From assembly GCA_963758245.1 (NCBI GenBank), contig CAVWUV010000014.1, forward strand, positions 127,729 to 191,728: a stretch of DNA of 64,000 nt, written 5' to 3'. Shown here in pieces: positions 30,150 through 40,000 of the stretch (positions within the stretch are counted from its first letter, which is position 1; the number at the start of each line of letters is the position of its first letter). The notes beneath the pieces were generated by a model that worked only from the letters and a program-made list of their open reading frames with translations, ran no database searches and had not been told where the DNA came from. The stretch comes from an uncultured Acidobacteriaceae bacterium. GTDB lineage: Bacteria > Acidobacteriota > Terriglobia > Bryobacterales > Bryobacteraceae. Made by a program: the position numbers and the translations under genes.

Positions 30150-30462
30150 GCAGATCCAAGCAAAGGTTGCGCGGGGTGAGGACCGGACCGACTGGCGCAA
30201 AGCTAATGCAATGATGGGCAAGAAACTTGAGGCCTCAATACGGGCCGATGCGGATGATATCCGAGGGGAACCCGATTGGGCGCAGGCCGGCATGGGTGTC
30301 TCGGCTCCGAAAGACCATATCAACATTCGTGTTGATCACGACGTGCTGGAGTGGTTCAAGGCCAGCGGCAGAGGTTACCAGACCCTGATGAACAACGTGC
30401 TACGCGCCTTTGTGCAATCGAGGAAGTCGCAGCAATTACGATCGGTATACCGCAAAGGATAG
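30112..30462 (+). CDS. brnA: BrnA-family antitoxin
   Basis: 116 aa. It overlaps brnT by 38 nt. The C-terminal RHH-like segment INIRVDHDVLEWFKASGRGYQTLMNNVLRAFV is typical of BrnA. Confidence 0.8.
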   Translation: MRKKSDTVRYTAEQIQAKVARGEDRTDWRKANAMMGKKLEASIRADADDIRGEPDWAQAGMGVSAPKDHINIRVDHDVLEWFKASGRGYQTLMNNVLRAFVQSRKSQQLRSVYRKG

Positions 30463-30511
30463 CCTTTGGGCACGTTGCGACGGCCATGCTACGCTGAGGT
30501 TTCTTGCGTGA

Positions 30512-31618
30512 ATGACTCCCGCTCCTGAGCTGAAGACAACTCCGCTCCTCGACGTCCATTCCTCATTAAAGGCCAAACTGGTCGATTTCGGCGGATGGAA
30601 CATGCCCGTCCAGTACTCGAGCATTTTGGAAGAACATAACGCAGTCCGAAAGGCGGTAGGAGTTTTCGATGTCAGCCACATGGGCGAGATTGAGGTCCGG
30701 GGCCCGGAAGCGGCCAAGCTCGTGGATTATGTCTCGACGAACAACGCTGCGAAATTGAAAATCGGGCAGGCCCATTACTCCGCTTTGCTGTATGAGCACG
30801 GCGGCTTTGTTGACGACATTCTGGTCCACAAAATTTCAGACACTGATTTTTTCTTGTGCGTCAATGCTTCGAACCAGGAGAAAGATTTCGAGCACATTCG
30901 TTCTCAGAACCGTTTCGACGCCGAAGTGGAGTTTGCGAGCGAACGATACGCCCAGTTGGCGATCCAGGGTCCGAAGGCGCTTGCCACTTTGCAGAAACTG
31001 ACGGAAACGAATTTAAGCGACATCAAATACTACTGGTTCACGGACGGCGAAGTGGACGGCTTTCCGGCGCGCATCGCGCGAACGGGATACACCGGAGAAG
31101 ACGGGTTTGAGATTTACGTTGCGCCTGAGACTGCTACCAGAATTTGGAACGAGATACTGACCGCGGGTGACGAGTTCGGAATCAAGCCTTGTGGTTTAGG
31201 CGCGCGGAACACGTTGCGTCTCGAAGCAAAGATGGCGCTGTACGGCCACGAAATGGACGCTTCCATCAATCCATTCGAGGCGGACCTGGGGTGGATAGTG
31301 AAGATGGAGAAGGGCGACTTCACCGGCCGGGCGGCCCTGCAAGAAGTATTGGAGAAAGGCCTCACGCGGAAACTGGTCGGGTTCGAGATGGCGGATCGCG
31401 GCATTGGACGGGATGGCTATGAGATCTGGCTGGAGGGTAAACCGGCGGGATGGGTTACCAGCGGAGGTCCATCCCCAACCTTGAACAAGAATATCGGCCT
31501 TTGTTATTTGCCGGCCGGGAAAGCCGTTCCGGGTGTAACGATTCAGGTCCTAATCCGCAATTCGCCCGTCGATGCAATCACGGTACCGACACCGTTCTAT
31601 AAGAGAGCAAAGGGATGA
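30512..31618 (+). CDS. gcvT: Glycine cleavage system T protein (aminomethyltransferase)
   Basis: TPLLDVHSSLKAKLVDFGGWNMPVQY, FDVSHMGEI, and the ARTGYTGEDGFEI motif. 368 aa. Confidence 0.95.
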   Translation: MTPAPELKTTPLLDVHSSLKAKLVDFGGWNMPVQYSSILEEHNAVRKAVGVFDVSHMGEIEVRGPEAAKLVDYVSTNNAAKLKIGQAHYSALLYEHGGFVDDILVHKISDTDFFLCVNASNQEKDFEHIRSQNRFDAEVEFASERYAQLAIQGPKALATLQKLTETNLSDIKYYWFTDGEVDGFPARIARTGYTGEDGFEIYVAPETATRIWNEILTAGDEFGIKPCGLGARNTLRLEAKMALYGHEMDASINPFEADLGWIVKMEKGDFTGRAALQEVLEKGLTRKLVGFEMADRGIGRDGYEIWLEGKPAGWVTSGGPSPTLNKNIGLCYLPAGKAVPGVTIQVLIRNSPVDAITVPTPFYKRAKG

Positions 31619-31998
31619 TTTATCCACATAGCTACAAATACACGAAAGAGCATGAATGGGTACATGCGGAGCGCGATGAGGGGACGATTGGTATCACTGA
31701 CCATGCCCAGCATGAGCTCGGAGATATTGTTTTTGTTGATCTGCCGAAGCCGGGCGCGAAAGTTACGAAAGGTCAAACATTCGGTTCTGTGGAGTCTGTG
31801 AAGGCGGTTTCAGACATCTATTCGCCGGTTTCAGGCGAGGTTGTGGCCGCCAATGATTTGCTTTCGAAGAGCCCTGAAAAGCTGAATGAAGATCCGCATG
31901 GCGATGCGTGGCTCATTAAAGTGAAGCTTTCGTCTCTCAGTGAATTAAATGAACTCATGTCAGCTCCCGAGTATCAGAAGTACATCGGCGCTGAATAA
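31615..31998 (+). CDS. gcvH: Glycine cleavage system H protein
   Basis: ATGA overlap with gcvT. YTKEHEWV, and the lipoyl-lysine motif ESVKAVSD. 127 aa. Confidence 0.95.
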   Translation: MIYPHSYKYTKEHEWVHAERDEGTIGITDHAQHELGDIVFVDLPKPGAKVTKGQTFGSVESVKAVSDIYSPVSGEVVAANDLLSKSPEKLNEDPHGDAWLIKVKLSSLSELNELMSAPEYQKYIGAE

Positions 31999-32036
31999 AG
32001 CGCGGCGATCATTTCTCCCGTCACCAGGAAAGATAT

Positions 32037-33353
32037 TTGCGATACCTACCGAAGTCAGACTCCGAGCGCCGCGAGATGCTCGCTGCGATTGGACTGGAAT
32101 CTGAAGAGGATCTGATTTCCTATTTGCCGGCAGATGTGCGGTTCGACAAGCCGCTTCAAATCGAGGATGGCAAGAGCGAGTACGAAATTGTCGAGTATTT
32201 CAAGCAGCGGGCCGCCCAAAATGCGAACGGTTATCCGAGTTTTCTAGGCGCTGGCGTATACAACCACTATCGTCCCGTGCTCGTTGATACGGTCGTCTCG
32301 CGCGGTGAGTTTCTGACTTCTTATACTCCTTATCAGGCAGAGATCTCACAAGGCACGCTCACCAGCATTTTCGAATTTCAAACGATGGTGTGCCAATTGA
32401 CTGGCATGGAAGTCGCGAACGCCTCCATGTATGACGGGTCTTCGGCAGTGCCGGAAGCGGCGATGATGGCGGTTCGCGTAACACGACGCGACAAGGTTCT
32501 GATCGCGCGCGCTGTTCATCCCGAGTACCGGGAGGTTTTGCAAACCTATACCAGGCATCAAGGGATTCCTGTTGATGAATTGGGGTATGCGAAAAATGGC
32601 CGGCTGGATCTTGACGACTTAAGAACGAAATTGAGCGACGATGTGGCCGCTGTCATCGTGCAGACGCCAAACTTCTTCGGGCTGTTGGAGAGCGTCAAAG
32701 AAATCGCATCGATTGCTTCGAAGGCAGGCGCGCTTCTGGTGGTAGTCTTCACCGAAGCAGTTGCACTCGGCTTGATCGAGCCGCCGAGAGAGGCTGATAT
32801 TGTTGTTGGCGAGCTGCAAAGCTTCGCGATTTCGCCGAGCTATGGCGGCCCTTATGCCGGCATCATCGCCACGCGCGAGAAATACATCCGGCAAATTCCA
32901 GGACGGCTTGTTGGTGAGACGACGGATACTGAAGGGCGGCGGGCATTCTGCTTGACGCTTGCCACGCGAGAGCAGCATATCCGGCGTGAGAAAGCGACTT
33001 CAAACATTTGCACGAATCAGGCATTGCTCGCCCTGATGGCGACCGTGTTCATGACGGTTTACGGCAAAGAAGGATTACGCGAGTTGGCTGAACAAAATCT
33101 CTCTAAAGCGCACTATCTTGCGAGTAAGCTGCCGCTCGCCTTTGACGGGCCGTTCTTCAACGAATTTGTCGCGCACACAAATGGAACGTCTCCGGACCAG
33201 ATTAATGGTCGATTGTTGGAGCAGAAGATTATCGGCGGCTTGCCGCTGGGGCGTTTTTATCCCGAGCTTCATGACTGCATGTTGCTATGCGCGACGGAGA
33301 TGAGCAAGCGCAAAGACATGGATGCCGTTTCGGCTGCATTTACGAAGCAGTAA
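32037..33353 (+). CDS. gcvPA: Glycine dehydrogenase (aminomethyl-transferring) subunit 1
   Basis: TTG start giving [30 protein letters not shown] motif. 438 aa. Confidence 0.95.
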   Translation: MRYLPKSDSERREMLAAIGLESEEDLISYLPADVRFDKPLQIEDGKSEYEIVEYFKQRAAQNANGYPSFLGAGVYNHYRPVLVDTVVSRGEFLTSYTPYQAEISQGTLTSIFEFQTMVCQLTGMEVANASMYDGSSAVPEAAMMAVRVTRRDKVLIARAVHPEYREVLQTYTRHQGIPVDELGYAKNGRLDLDDLRTKLSDDVAAVIVQTPNFFGLLESVKEIASIASKAGALLVVVFTEAVALGLIEPPREADIVVGELQSFAISPSYGGPYAGIIATREKYIRQIPGRLVGETTDTEGRRAFCLTLATREQHIRREKATSNICTNQALLALMATVFMTVYGKEGLRELAEQNLSKAHYLASKLPLAFDGPFFNEFVAHTNGTSPDQINGRLLEQKIIGGLPLGRFYPELHDCMLLCATEMSKRKDMDAVSAAFTKQ

Positions 33354-33371
33354 ATCGCGAAGATTGCACGA

Positions 33372-34874
33372 ATGATCAAGAAAGTTTCAAGACATATCGT
33401 TCAAGAAGAGCTGTTAGTGTTCGAACAGAGCTCGCCCGGTAAGCGCGGCTATCAACTTCCCGAGCTAGACGTGCCTGCCGTTGATGCGGACAGGGCGCTC
33501 GGTCCGGAAAACGTTCGACCAGAGATTGAAGATTTCCCCGAAATCAGCGAATTCGAGACGCTTCGCCACTTCACACGGCTCTCGACATGGAATTACGCGA
33601 TCGATCTAGGCCTTTATCCGCTTGGCTCATGCACCATGAAGTACAACCCGCGAGTTAACGAGCTGGTTGCTCGAACAGAGGGACTTGCGTGGGCTCATCC
33701 GTATCAGCCCGAAGCTTTGTCACAGGGATGCATGGAAGTGATCGCCACGTTGGAGCAAGCGTTGGCAGAGATCACCGGAATGGATGCCGTGACGCTTCAG
33801 CCTGCCGCCGGCGCTCACGGCGAGTTCACGGGCATTCTCATGATTCGCGCGCTACTGGAGAAGCACGGAAATCCTCGCAAGAAGATTCTTGTGCCTGATT
33901 CGGCCCATGGCACGAATCCGGCGACCGCCATGACGGTCGGCTACACCGTCGAGAACATTAAGTCGAATAACCGCGGCATGGTGGACCTGGAAGTTCTGAA
34001 TCGCGTCACCAGCGAAGACGTTGCCGGCTTGATGATCACAAATCCTAATACGGTGGGCGTGTTCGAAGAGAACATTCGCAAGATCTGCGACATCATGCAT
34101 GACAAAGGCGCGCTTGTTTACATGGACGGCGCGAACATGAATGCGCTGGTAGGCATCACGCGACCCGGAGAATTTGGAATAGACGTGATGCATCTCAATT
34201 TGCACAAGACGTTTTCGACTCCGCACGGAGGCGGCGGGCCAGGCTCAGGAGCGGTTGCTGTTGCGAAGGCGCTCACGCCATTCTTGCCGTCACCGCGATT
34301 GAAGCGCGATCGCGAAGCATGGGCATGGAATTATGATTTGCCGGATTCCATCGGTCGCGTGCGGGCCTACTACGGAAATTTTGGAGTGTTGGTTCGCGCG
34401 CTTGCATACATCATGGCGCATGGCCGCAACGGTTTGCGCCAGGCGACTCTGGATGCCTTGCTGAATGCGAACTACCTGCGCACGCTGCTGGAACCGTATT
34501 ACGAAATCGCGTATAAAGCACCCAGCATGCATGAGTGCGTATTCAGCGATGATCGTCAGGCGAAAAAAGGCGCGCGCACAGGCGATATAGCGAAGCGGCT
34601 GATCGATTACGGTTTCCATCCCTATACGGTCAGCTTCCCGCTGATTGTGCGGGGCGCGCTCATGATAGAGCCGACCGAAACGGAAAGCAAACGCGAGTTG
34701 GATCTATTCGCCGATGCTATGATCTCCATCGCCCAGGAGATAGAGAACAACGTGGAGCTGGTTCTGAAAGCGCCGCACTCGACCCGGACGCGGCGAGTTG
34801 ATGAAGTCACTGCTGCGCGCAAACCGATCGTGCGCTGGCAACCGAGACCTAACGCGAGTCAAGCAGCCGATTGA
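33372..34874 (+). CDS. gcvPB: Glycine dehydrogenase (aminomethyl-transferring) subunit 2
   Basis: LGSCTMKYNP, and the PLP-lysine region NLHKTFSTPHGGGGPG. 500 aa. Confidence 0.95.
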   Translation: MIKKVSRHIVQEELLVFEQSSPGKRGYQLPELDVPAVDADRALGPENVRPEIEDFPEISEFETLRHFTRLSTWNYAIDLGLYPLGSCTMKYNPRVNELVARTEGLAWAHPYQPEALSQGCMEVIATLEQALAEITGMDAVTLQPAAGAHGEFTGILMIRALLEKHGNPRKKILVPDSAHGTNPATAMTVGYTVENIKSNNRGMVDLEVLNRVTSEDVAGLMITNPNTVGVFEENIRKICDIMHDKGALVYMDGANMNALVGITRPGEFGIDVMHLNLHKTFSTPHGGGGPGSGAVAVAKALTPFLPSPRLKRDREAWAWNYDLPDSIGRVRAYYGNFGVLVRALAYIMAHGRNGLRQATLDALLNANYLRTLLEPYYEIAYKAPSMHECVFSDDRQAKKGARTGDIAKRLIDYGFHPYTVSFPLIVRGALMIEPTETESKRELDLFADAMISIAQEIENNVELVLKAPHSTRTRRVDEVTAARKPIVRWQPRPNASQAAD

Positions 34875-35658
34875 CGGCGTCTAGGACCGTCTGTACGCTT
34901 AGTTCTTCAATCCGGTGCGCGCGGAGAACCGTCACATTTCCGCCGCGCGGGATCCAGTTTTGCGAAGACGATGGCCCGAACAAGGCAAGCGTTCGAGCGC
35001 CTGTTGCAGCGGCAAGATGAGTGATCCCTGAATCATTGCCGATATACAGGCGCGATCCGAGTATCCACGCCGCGAGATCGGCAAGATTCGAAAATCTTTT
35101 CGCGCCAGGGAACTCCTCGTCCGGACCGGCGGTCCATTCGACTTCAAACGGCAGCCGCGAGGCTAATTCCTGGTATAGGCTGAGTGGCCAATTCTTGCGC
35201 CGGCCTCCGGAGAACGGGTGTATGACAACGCGCTCTCGAGACGGTGAAGGCGTCACCTCAATTCGTGGAATCAATCCCATTGGAGCGCCAACCTGCTCCG
35301 CGAAAAAATCGGTCGCGTGCCCGCCGTAATCAACCGGCAAAGCTGGATGGAATTCGCAAGGGACGCCGAGGCTCAGTAGTGCTTCTCGAAATTCCGGGCG
35401 GTTCGCGCCATACCAACTGACGACCGAATCGAAGCCATTGAGCGCCGCTTTGAAATGGGCTGGAGCTTCCAGTTCCCCAACACCGACAAGATCGATACCC
35501 GTGGAGGCAAGCGGACGAACGGCATCCGCAAAACTAATCAGCGGAAGAACGGGAGAGGGAATCCAGACCTCCGTGTAATCTGCTTTCAGGTGTTGGAGGG
35601 CGGGGAAGGCCAGAATACAATCGCCGATCCCTCCAGGGCGAATCAAAAGTCGGCGCAT
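34849..35658 (-). CDS. Glycosyltransferase family 9 (heptosyltransferase-like), short form
   Basis: N-terminal LLIRPGGIGDCILAFPALQHLK and the C-terminal GNDSGITHLAAATG motif typical of GT9. It overlaps the 3' end of the convergent gcvPB by 26 nt. Confidence 0.75.
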   Translation of the reverse strand: MRRLLIRPGGIGDCILAFPALQHLKADYTEVWIPSPVLPLISFADAVRPLASTGIDLVGVGELEAPAHFKAALNGFDSVVSWYGANRPEFREALLSLGVPCEFHPALPVDYGGHATDFFAEQVGAPMGLIPRIEVTPSPSRERVVIHPFSGGRRKNWPLSLYQELASRLPFEVEWTAGPDEEFPGAKRFSNLADLAAWILGSRLYIGNDSGITHLAAATGARTLALFGPSSSQNWIPRGGNVTVLRAHRIEELSVQTVLDAVNRLLDSR

Positions 35659-35664
35659 CCGACA

Positions 35665-36984
35665 CTAGAAGCCGTATAGCTGGCGAGCATTTTCCCGCAT
35701 GACCATGTGAGCGATTTGCTTCGCGCGATCGAGAGTGATCTCACCGTCTCGCACCATCCCGGTAAGGGCAAGCCCAAGAGCCAGCCTGCCGGTTGTCGAA
35801 GCGATCCAGGCTGTTTCTTCCCATCCAACATTGTCCGAGAATGGGCTCGCGTCAGAGCCATACAACACCTTCTCGGGCGCAGCCTCGAGATAGAGGCGTA
35901 TTGCGCGGGCGGCTTGGGAAGGATAGGTCAGATACATGAAGGCCGAAAAATCGAGATAAACATTGGGCTTCAAAATGAGAGCGGCAGCTTCTCTGGTGAA
36001 GGGCCAGGAACCGTGTAACATCACGAATTTCGTCTTACGCAGGTCGGGATCATTGAATAGATTCTCCAACGCAAATGGATCTGCATTTGCGTCGCGGAAA
36101 TAGCTGCCTGCGCCAATAGAGGTGTGAATGTGTACGGGCATCTGGAGCCTGCCCGCCTCGCGTGCGATATGGCGGAATACGTAATCCTGAAGCATCTTAT
36201 ATTCATCGGGCGTGGGTTCGGAGGACTGAGCGTAGATGGAGTAAACGCGATCGGCATTTTCCTTTTGCGGGTTTCCGATCTGCAGGTCGCGCAGATAAGC
36301 TAGCTCGAATTTGACGGCAACGGCGCCGCTTGATTTCCAAGTCTCGAGGCGGTGCGAAACCAAGGTCAGATAATCGTCGAATGTCGATGGCAGATGCCGC
36401 GTACCGCCTAAATAGTTCTTTAGAAGCTGCTCCTCGTGTTCAATAAACGCCTTGTGTTCCGGATCTTTTGCTTTGAGTGCGCTGTTGTTTAGAGGGAACA
36501 GGAACATGTCAGCAAAGGGCACCCATTTGAAGCGGTCACTGGTGAGGCCCCGTCCCATAGCAACGCGATTAGCGAGCATGATTTCAGTGTTCGCCTGGTT
36601 GAGCACCCACGACGGGTAGAGGTCTCCCTTTTGCTTCGCGATGTTACGTTTCGTTTGTTGGAGCGCGGACAAATGCTCCGGCTTGGCATCCTGGTACTCA
36701 TAACCGAAAAGAGCATGCCAAGCGCGGGGGAAATACGGACTACCCTCCCGAAAGGGCGTGGGCAACGACAAATCCTGAATGGCATCGGCCGGCAAGGCAT
36801 CGTAATCCCGATCCACCTCGCCACCAGAGACCACTTTCATCGGATGAGCGTGGTTATCAATGGCACGGATCTGGCGCAACTCGGATTCAATCGAGCTGTC
36901 TACGTCCAGATGGGATGGATCAGGCCGGTTGCACGAGAGAAGCAGGATCAACCCTGCAGCGAGAGGAAGCGAAAGGCGAATCAT
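35665..36984 (-). CDS. Amidohydrolase-family (metal-dependent TIM-barrel hydrolase) lipoprotein
   Basis: The start is taken at the ATG at 36984. Lipoprotein-type signal MIRLSLPLAAGLILLLSC. Metal-binding motif IDNHAHP, with later HIH and D residues (VHIHTS, GSDA). Confidence 0.7.
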   Translation of the reverse strand: MIRLSLPLAAGLILLLSCNRPDPSHLDVDSSIESELRQIRAIDNHAHPMKVVSGGEVDRDYDALPADAIQDLSLPTPFREGSPYFPRAWHALFGYEYQDAKPEHLSALQQTKRNIAKQKGDLYPSWVLNQANTEIMLANRVAMGRGLTSDRFKWVPFADMFLFPLNNSALKAKDPEHKAFIEHEEQLLKNYLGGTRHLPSTFDDYLTLVSHRLETWKSSGAVAVKFELAYLRDLQIGNPQKENADRVYSIYAQSSEPTPDEYKMLQDYVFRHIAREAGRLQMPVHIHTSIGAGSYFRDANADPFALENLFNDPDLRKTKFVMLHGSWPFTREAAALILKPNVYLDFSAFMYLTYPSQAARAIRLYLEAAPEKVLYGSDASPFSDNVGWEETAWIASTTGRLALGLALTGMVRDGEITLDRAKQIAHMVMRENARQLYGF

Positions 36985-36992
36985 TGCCCGCG

Positions 36993-37490
36993 CTATTCGA
37001 CTATGACGGGCAGACGAATCTCGACAGTGGCGGGCCGGAAACACATCTCGCTATTACAGGCCTGATAGCGAAGTTTTCCGGCCATTGTCGCGGTTCCCAG
37101 GGGCGCTTGTTCCGGTGCTTTGAATTCCGTTCTCAGGTCGAAAGTGCCGGTGAATACTCTGAGCATGTCCGAGCCAACTTTGATCTCTTCAGGCTGAGGG
37201 TAGGTCATCGATGTCACTTCGAGCGGGCCGCCACTCCAGGTGAGCTTCAAGGGAATAAGAAACTCATCTTTCGGTCTGTCACTGTTCACGTGAAAGCCGG
37301 GCAGGACGGAGACCTTCAGTATCGCGATAGCAGCGCCGCCGCGTTTCACAGTAATCTGTTCAGCCGGGCTGACCGTCAGTTTATTCTGTTGCGCGAGCGA
37401 TAAGAGCGGCAGGCAAAGAAGGCACAACGCGCCTGCAAGCGCTGGTTTGTTTGAGACCAAGGAGGCTTTGAATTTCGCTAAGATACTCAT
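36993..37490 (-). CDS. DsbD-alpha-like (thiol:disulfide interchange protein N-terminal domain) periplasmic protein
   Basis: Signal peptide (KPALAGALCLLCLPLLSLAQ). Immunoglobulin-like domain with FHVNSD..., the cysteine pair YQACNSEMCF and a PLKL..W motif typical of the DsbD N-terminal/DsbC-like family. The ATG at 37490 overlaps the tlpA ORF by 110 nt. Confidence 0.6.
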   Translation of the reverse strand: MSILAKFKASLVSNKPALAGALCLLCLPLLSLAQQNKLTVSPAEQITVKRGGAAIAILKVSVLPGFHVNSDRPKDEFLIPLKLTWSGGPLEVTSMTYPQPEEIKVGSDMLRVFTGTFDLRTEFKAPEQAPLGTATMAGKLRYQACNSEMCFRPATVEIRLPVIVE

Positions 37491-37980
37491 TTTTTCCGGC
37501 AAGTCCGATATGCGCGTTGAACGCGAATTTGCCATCACGATCAATGAGGAAGGTCGTCGGTAATGCATCTAGCCCGCCATAAAGCTGGCTAACGGAATCA
37601 TTGCCCAAGAGCACGCGGTAATTGAGCTTGTGCTCCGCTATATAAGGTTTCACCACGGACCATCCATCATCGTCCATCGAGACACCGATTACCTCGAATC
37701 CCTTTGACTTATACTGTTGCTCGAACTCCTCAAACCAGGGGATCTCCAACTGGCAGGGGCCGCACCAAGTCGCCCAGAAATTCAGGAGTACGACTTTCCC
37801 GCGGTAATCCGAGAGCTTGACGAGCGTGCCGTTCGCGTCGGTGAGGCTGAAGTCGGGCGCAATCTTTCGATTGTTCGATGCTTTCGCGGAAGCGTTCGCT
37901 GATGATGTGCAAGAAGACGAGATCACGAGCGTTGCTGCTGCAAAGCTTGCTATCAAAAGTTTCCGGCAATTCAATTCCAT
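37381..37980 (-). CDS. TlpA/ResA-family periplasmic thiol-disulfide oxidoreductase
   Basis: Signal/lipobox-like N-terminus (LIASFAAATLVISSSC). Thioredoxin fold with the WATWCGPC active site. Confidence 0.85.
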   Translation of the reverse strand: MELNCRKLLIASFAAATLVISSSCTSSANASAKASNNRKIAPDFSLTDANGTLVKLSDYRGKVVLLNFWATWCGPCQLEIPWFEEFEQQYKSKGFEVIGVSMDDDGWSVVKPYIAEHKLNYRVLLGNDSVSQLYGGLDALPTTFLIDRDGKFAFNAHIGLAGKNEYLSEIQSLLGLKQTSACRRVVPSLPAALIARATE

Positions 37981-38013
37981 GCTAAGTCCAAGTGTATCGC
38001 TAAGCTGAGGCGG

Positions 38014-38664
38014 CTAGCACCGGCTGCCGTTGCCGAACGTGCTTTCGAACCAGGATTTCCGGCGTTGCCTCCAGCGCTTGGACAAACTGAAGACCGGATT
38101 CTCTTCCAAGCCCGAATATAGCCATGCCGCAGTGTCGCAGAAACTTTCGCAACAATAATCTCGCCACCTGGCCGAATTTTCCGTGAAAGGACTGCGGGAC
38201 GACAGCAGGCTCTTCTTTACAGCGGAAGATTCGCCCAATTCTCCTCTTGCGCCGTGCTTGCGTTCGGTTAGCAGAAGCTCGGTGAATTGGCGTCGCGCGG
38301 AGTTTGGAAGACGGCACCAGACAAAATGGAAGATCTCATGAATGAGTATCAGGCGAAGCGTGTTCGGAGAAGAGAGTAGCGCCGCCTCCAGGACGATTTC
38401 ACGTTTTCGAATGAAGCTGGCCGCATAGACCGGGGTGCCGCGTTCGGGCACCGTTGGCACGAGCTTACCTCCATGCGCGATCAATCGGGGCTGTGCGCAA
38501 ATGAAAATCGGGTTGCCCACAAGCTGCGGCAACCCGAGGAAAATCTCGCTGACCTGGGACTCCAGTTCTCTACTGAGCCGGCGGCTTACTTTGAGGCTGG
38601 CTGGACTGAGGAGGCGTCGGTCTTTGGAGCGATGGAATGTTTGCGGTTGCACCTGTAGAGGCAT
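38014..38664 (-). CDS. Putative zinc metallopeptidase-like protein (HExxH motif), family uncertain
   Basis: LILIHEIFHFVW contains HExxH in a SprT/DUF45-like context. The ATG at 38664 would overlap the upstream parvulin gene by 95 nt, so the true start is uncertain. Confidence 0.45.
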   Translation of the reverse strand: MPLQVQPQTFHRSKDRRLLSPASLKVSRRLSRELESQVSEIFLGLPQLVGNPIFICAQPRLIAHGGKLVPTVPERGTPVYAASFIRKREIVLEAALLSSPNTLRLILIHEIFHFVWCRLPNSARRQFTELLLTERKHGARGELGESSAVKKSLLSSRSPFTENSARWRDYCCESFCDTAAWLYSGLEENPVFSLSKRWRQRRKSWFESTFGNGSRC

Positions 38665-39649
38665 TAAAGAAATCGGGATCTTGTACCTGAATCTTGTACT
38701 TGTCCACTTCCTGTTTCAAAGCTGCCTGATTCTTTTCGTTCTGCAGCTTCGAAACGATCCCTGCCCGGGCCTGCTCAAAGGATTGCTTGGTTCGGCTATC
38801 AACCTTTACAATCAAAAATCCATTCGGAATACGAATGGGCTCCGAAACCTGGCCGGGTTGCAGCTTGAGCACCGCAGTCCGAACGTCGGGCGGAAGGCCG
38901 GCATCACCGGTTGTGAATGTTCCTAACTCACCGCCCTTCGTGGCGGATTGCTTGTTGTCGGATTCTACCCGCGCCAGGGCAGAGAAATCGTTTCCAGCTT
39001 TGATCTTCTTTTCCAGGTCGTCAGCTTTCTGCTGAGCTTCCTGTTCCGTTCGCGTCACGGATGCGCTCGAAGCCGTCGTACCCGGAGGGTTGAAGCCGAT
39101 GACTATGCCGCTGAGCTTGATCTGATCGAAATCGCCTGGGTGCGCATCGTAATACTGCTTTGGATCTTCAGCGGGAGTACTACTCGCGTTCTTCGACAGC
39201 TGGCTGAAATAGGCCTGCGTGAGAATATTCGCGCGAGCCATCTGCAGCTGCTCCTTCCAGGGCGATTGCTGGTCGAGGTTCAGCTTCGTGGCTTGATCAG
39301 CAATTTGATGCTGCATGTAGATCTGCTGGACAAGTTGCGGAAGCTGCGACTCGAAACGTTTGCGCTCCTGTGCCGGCAAGGGTTTCAGCAAATCGAGCGC
39401 TTGCTGGGCTGTAATTTGCTTTCCATCAATAACCGCGACTACGCGATTCGGATCCCGCTGCGCTACCGCTTCCGGGCCTCTGGGCTTTAGCTGTCCGGAT
39501 GCTGCTCCGGCCGGCGAGGTTTGGCTGCTTGAAGGCGCGGGTGATTGCGCCGGCGGGGTTTGGCCTGCCTGAGTGGAAGGAGACGTTCCCTGGCACCATG
39601 CAGGGGCGGCGCAGAGAATCAGCGAGGTTAAAAAGACACTACTTTTCAT
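38570..39649 (-). CDS. Peptidyl-prolyl cis-trans isomerase (SurA/PpiC parvulin type), secreted
   Basis: Signal peptide MKSSVFLTSLILCAAPAWC, a chaperone-like helical region, and a parvulin domain (DFSALARVESDN...GGELG.F......P....AV..L.PGQVSEPIRIPNGFLIVKV). P/Q/S-rich low-complexity segments at both ends. Confidence 0.8.
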   Translation of the reverse strand: MKSSVFLTSLILCAAPAWCQGTSPSTQAGQTPPAQSPAPSSSQTSPAGAASGQLKPRGPEAVAQRDPNRVVAVIDGKQITAQQALDLLKPLPAQERKRFESQLPQLVQQIYMQHQIADQATKLNLDQQSPWKEQLQMARANILTQAYFSQLSKNASSTPAEDPKQYYDAHPGDFDQIKLSGIVIGFNPPGTTASSASVTRTEQEAQQKADDLEKKIKAGNDFSALARVESDNKQSATKGGELGTFTTGDAGLPPDVRTAVLKLQPGQVSEPIRIPNGFLIVKVDSRTKQSFEQARAGIVSKLQNEKNQAALKQEVDKYKIQVQDPDFFNASTGATANIPSLQRPTPPQSSQPQSKPPAQ

Positions 39650-39799
39650 TCAAAATATCGATTCGATAACACCAACTTTATCATGGCCCTCTTCGTATCG
39701 GGTGCATACCGGGAACCGAGCCTGCTGAAAGCCGAAGCATTTTCTAATTGAAGAATGAGCCTGAAAGTGTGGAGCGGAGCTCGCGCTTGAGGCCTCCTT

Positions 39800-39913
39800 G
39801 TTTTGGGTTTCAGATCGAGTGAGTACAACAGTCGCAGTGGGAAAGTGGGAACGCTGGTTTTGGGTTTCCACTTTTCCACTGCTCGTCGCGCCTGCGGGAA
39901 TGTGGGAATCGCG
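39800..39913. repeat. Two tandem 57-bp modules inside the IS, downstream of the transposase stop
   Basis: Each module starts with GTTTTGGGTTTC (39800, 39857). 37 nt later each carries a paired heptad: GTGGGAA-A-GTGGGAA at 39837 and GCGGGAA-T-GTGGGAA at 39894. The module interiors are divergent. A third degenerate unit follows (GTGGGCGCGGAGGGAAA, about 39932). Confidence 0.75.
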
Positions 39914-40000
39914 CAGCGATTTGCAAAGGCTGTGGGCGCGGAGGGAAACCTGATGTTGGTTTTCCTCCGCGTCCATAGCTTGTCATTTCCGCAGCCGTCT

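Noticed and set aside
30463-30511. Expected glycine riboswitch upstream of gcvT.
   Set aside because: Only 49 nt separate brnA from gcvT, too short for even a single glycine aptamer. I saw no aptamer-like conserved core.
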